A DNA stretch of 64,000 bases from Heterodontus francisci (Eukaryota), in the NCBI RefSeq assembly GCF_036365525.1, contig NC_090399.1, positions 22,020,529 to 22,084,528 on the forward strand. The letters are read 5' to 3'. Below, in pieces: positions 61,190 to 64,000 of this stretch. The stretch's first letter is position 1. Each line of letters starts with the position of its first letter. Under the pieces are notes generated by a model that searched no databases, was not told where the DNA came from, and was given only the letters and a program-made list of their open reading frames with translations. The position numbers were made by a program, and so were the translations under genes.

Positions 61190-61490
61190 TTTCTGGATGT
61201 AGATGTCACTGGTAAAACAATAATTTAGTAATCAATGCTGAGAAGGTGCTGGAGAACCTTCTTCTTTTGTTTATGTGGTGAAGGTGCTCCCACAATGCTG
61301 TATGTCGGAAGATCCAGGGTTTTGACTCAACATAGATGAAGAAATGGCAATATATGTCCAAGTCAGGATGACGTGTAACTTGGAGGTGATGATGTCCCCA
61401 TGCACCTGCTGTCCTTGTCCCTTAGTGGTGGTGATTGTAGGTTTGAGAAGTCCTGCCAAAGAAGCCTTAGGTTGGATTCTATAGGCTTGC
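61190..61490 (-). mobile_element. Non-LTR retrotransposon 3' end (clade not assigned)
   Basis: Decayed ORF-end-like sequence with a tail shared with the SINE at 58790. Confidence 0.45.
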
Positions 61491-61529
61491 TGCCGAAATA
61501 GGTGGGAGTTCTAAAAGCAAACAAAGTCT

Positions 61530-61790
61530 TTAGGATGGGATGAGAGGATAGAGAGAGAGTGAGATACTTAGAAAGAAAGAAGGTGCAGAGAGAAGGCAAG
61601 GAGTAGAAGAGAGTACAGTACAGCAAAAGAGAAGGGCAGTTAAAAGTGAAGTGGGGTTAAGAGAAAGGGATGAATGAGACAGGAGGCTTGAGAGAGAAAA
61701 GGAATTGAGAACGAGGAAGGGTTGAGAAAGAGGGTGTTGACAGAAGTAGAAAGAGAAGGATTGAGGAAGTAGGGCGAGATGGGAGAGCAG
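61530..61790 (+). repeat. Purine-rich (GA) low-complexity tract
   Basis: Predominantly A/G over about 260 bp. Confidence 0.8.
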
Positions 61791-61939
61791 CTTGGGTACA
61801 TTACTGGTCTGTAGCACCAGTCTCACTTACCTGTTGACACTAAAAAGTACACCAGCTGCTTTCATTTGTTTAAAGTGTCTCAAACAATCTGGCTGAGCAC
61901 AAATTCCAACATTGTCCCCACACCAAGCATCATCATCAG

Positions 61940-62870
61940 TAACAACAACAACTTGCATTTATATAGTGTCTTTTTCATAGAAAACATCACAAGGTGCTTC
62001 ACAGAAACATCATTAAACAATATATGAAACCAAGCTACATAAGGACATATTAGGGTAGATGACCAAATGCTTGGTGAAAGAGAGAGGTTTCTCAGGAGTG
62101 CCTTAATGGAGGAGAGAGGTTTAGTGAGGGTATGTCAGAGTTTAGGGCCTCGAAGGCTGAACGCCTGATTGCCAACTATAGAGCAATTAAAATGGGTAAT
62201 GTTCGAGAGACCAGAATTAGAGGAATGCAGAGATCTCAGAGGGTTGTCGGGCTGGAGAATATTACAGAGATAGGGAGGGGTGTGGTCATGCAGGGATTTG
62301 AAAACAAGGATGTGAATTTTAAAATCAAAATCTAAAGCAGAAAGTTGTTTTCTCGCTGAAATAAAAAGAGAAAATTCTGGAAATACTTAGCAAGCCAGAC
62401 AGCATCTGTGGAGAGAGAAACAAAGTTAATGTTTCAGGTCAATAACCTCCCACACCATCCTGTTCACTTATCACCCCTGTGTTCACTGACCTCTATTGGC
62501 TCCCAGTTAAGCAGTGCCTCCATTTAAAAAACCTCATCCTTGTTTTCAAATCCCTCCATGATCTCACCCTTCCCTGTCTCTGTAATCTTATCCAGCCCCA
62601 GAACCCTCAGATACTTGCACACCTTCAATTCTGACCTCTTGAGCATCCCCGATTTTAATTGCTCTACCATTGGTGACTGCACTAAGTTCTGGAATTTTCT
62701 CCCTAAACCTCTCCACCTGTCTAACTCTCTATCCTCCTTAAAACCTACCTCTTACACCAAGCTTTTGGTCATCGGCTCCACTATCTCCTTTTTGATAATA
62801 TGACTGTGAAGTACCTTGAGATTTTTTATTACATTTAAAGGTGCTATGTCAATACAAATTGCTGTTATTC
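61940..62870. mobile_element. Two L2 3' ends in opposite orientation (61940-62335 minus; 62450-62870 plus) flanking a decayed Penelope terminus (62355-62448 minus)
   Basis: Similarity to 40220-40660 and to 26200-26285. Confidence 0.7.
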
Positions 62871-63934
62871 AGACCTCCATATTGAGGCTCAGTCACTAAA
62901 ACCCTGGTTTTGGGCTGACCAAATAGGCATGCAGCCAAATTAAGTAGGTTGTGAGTATTAATTGTATATCAATTGTACTTAATTATATGCAGGTGAAGGG
63001 CATTAATTGGAGTCTTACTGAGCACATAGAGAGACACTTACTGAAACTACATAGGATTTGAGTTAAGAGGTATATGTTTAACTTTGTCAGTATGTTTAAG
63101 ATTGAGTGAAGATTGGCTCCAGCATTATCCTTTACCAACTGGCTTTTTGCAGTATAACAGTGAGGACTGGTCAGTCTGTCATGCCATGCCCCTCTCCATA
63201 AAGTACTGTGTGGTACCAATTTCAGACAGCCTTACTGTGCTGAAGCAGACTCACCATCAACAGGACCTACAAAAGCCCCCTGTCTGCTGGGTAAGCAGTC
63301 TCTCACTTTTCTTTGACTCTGACAGCTCTCCATTCCAGACCAACCCAACAACTGACGTGTGGGCTCTTTCAGATATATAATTCCACCCACAGGAACCACA
63401 AGCTCATGTGGGCTGGCGTTTCCCGATAGGCTTAATAGGACGAATCCCAAGGGCCATTTTTACATTGAGAGCTGCCAGTTTGCTTTTTGCACCAGAATGG
63501 GGCAGGCGAGATAAATGGGGTCGTTTTAAACTCACTCGCCACGGGAGTCCACGGGACCGGGTGCAATTTTACACGGCGTTCAAGAATTCGATGAAACTTA
63601 CTTCCTGGAAATCTGCTTGATCGGGGATTTGTTCCCACGTGTTCAGGAAGACCGAAGTGTTGGCGAGTCGGAGCAGGAGCGAATTCTGCATCCAAATCCG
63701 GATTGGAAGAGTTTGATTAGCGCCCATTGATTTTTTTTGTTTGTTAACGATTTAGTTTGGATTGCGGATGGAGCTCCAGGTCCATCTTCCGTTGCTCCTC
63801 CTCCTCCAGCTGATCAATGCAGAAGGTGAGGATCTCACTGGGGAAGGGGGTTAAAATGGGTAGCAGATAGTGCAGTTCCCGCAGACCCCCCCCCCCCCCC
63901 ACCCTGGAAAAGGGGTTAGAAAGTTCCCCCCCCG

Positions 63935-64000
63935 GAAATATACTTTATTTGTAACATTTTTTTTAAAACTGCATAACAGTTCAACTTGGACATTACATAA
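63935..64000 (-). mobile_element. Tx1-like LINE 3'UTR, running off the window end
   Basis: Matches 20755-20822. Confidence 0.5.

Noticed and set aside
63408-63935. Gene start or promoter near the window end
   Set aside because: CpG-richer block resembling transposon fragments; no supportable exon chain or confirmed TIR pair

Overview
Repeat-saturated vertebrate genomic DNA, almost certainly a cartilaginous fish (shark-type CR1 LINEs, HE1/V-SINEs, Deu-domain SINE, Neptune-type Penelope elements). No rRNA, true tRNA or CRISPR features. One host gene can be assembled by hand on the + strand from five phase-compatible exons (5416-26009). It encodes a predicted 246-aa type I membrane receptor with a single IgV domain lacking the canonical disulfide (CD2/SLAM/CEACAM-like), a short TM segment and a cytoplasmic ITIM (VLYSEI). 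The rest is nested mobile DNA: CR1, L2, RTE, Tx1, Penelope, SINEs, solo LTRs and MITEs. The most notable observations are: (1) a correctly phased U_UUA_AAC slippery heptamer at the ORF1/ORF2 junction, phase-verified in two CR1 copies and retained in a third, which predicts -1 ribosomal frameshifting; (2) minimal hammerhead ribozymes in Penelope termini and in short solo insertions, one forming a 79-bp fold-back; (3) a 21-unit TATA-bearing monomer array heading a CR1; (4) a MITE packed with CTCF/NRF1/YY1/CRE motifs; (5) convergent CTCF-like sites around the receptor gene. Family names come from motif recognition only; no database searches were run. Boundaries of old repeats are approximate.
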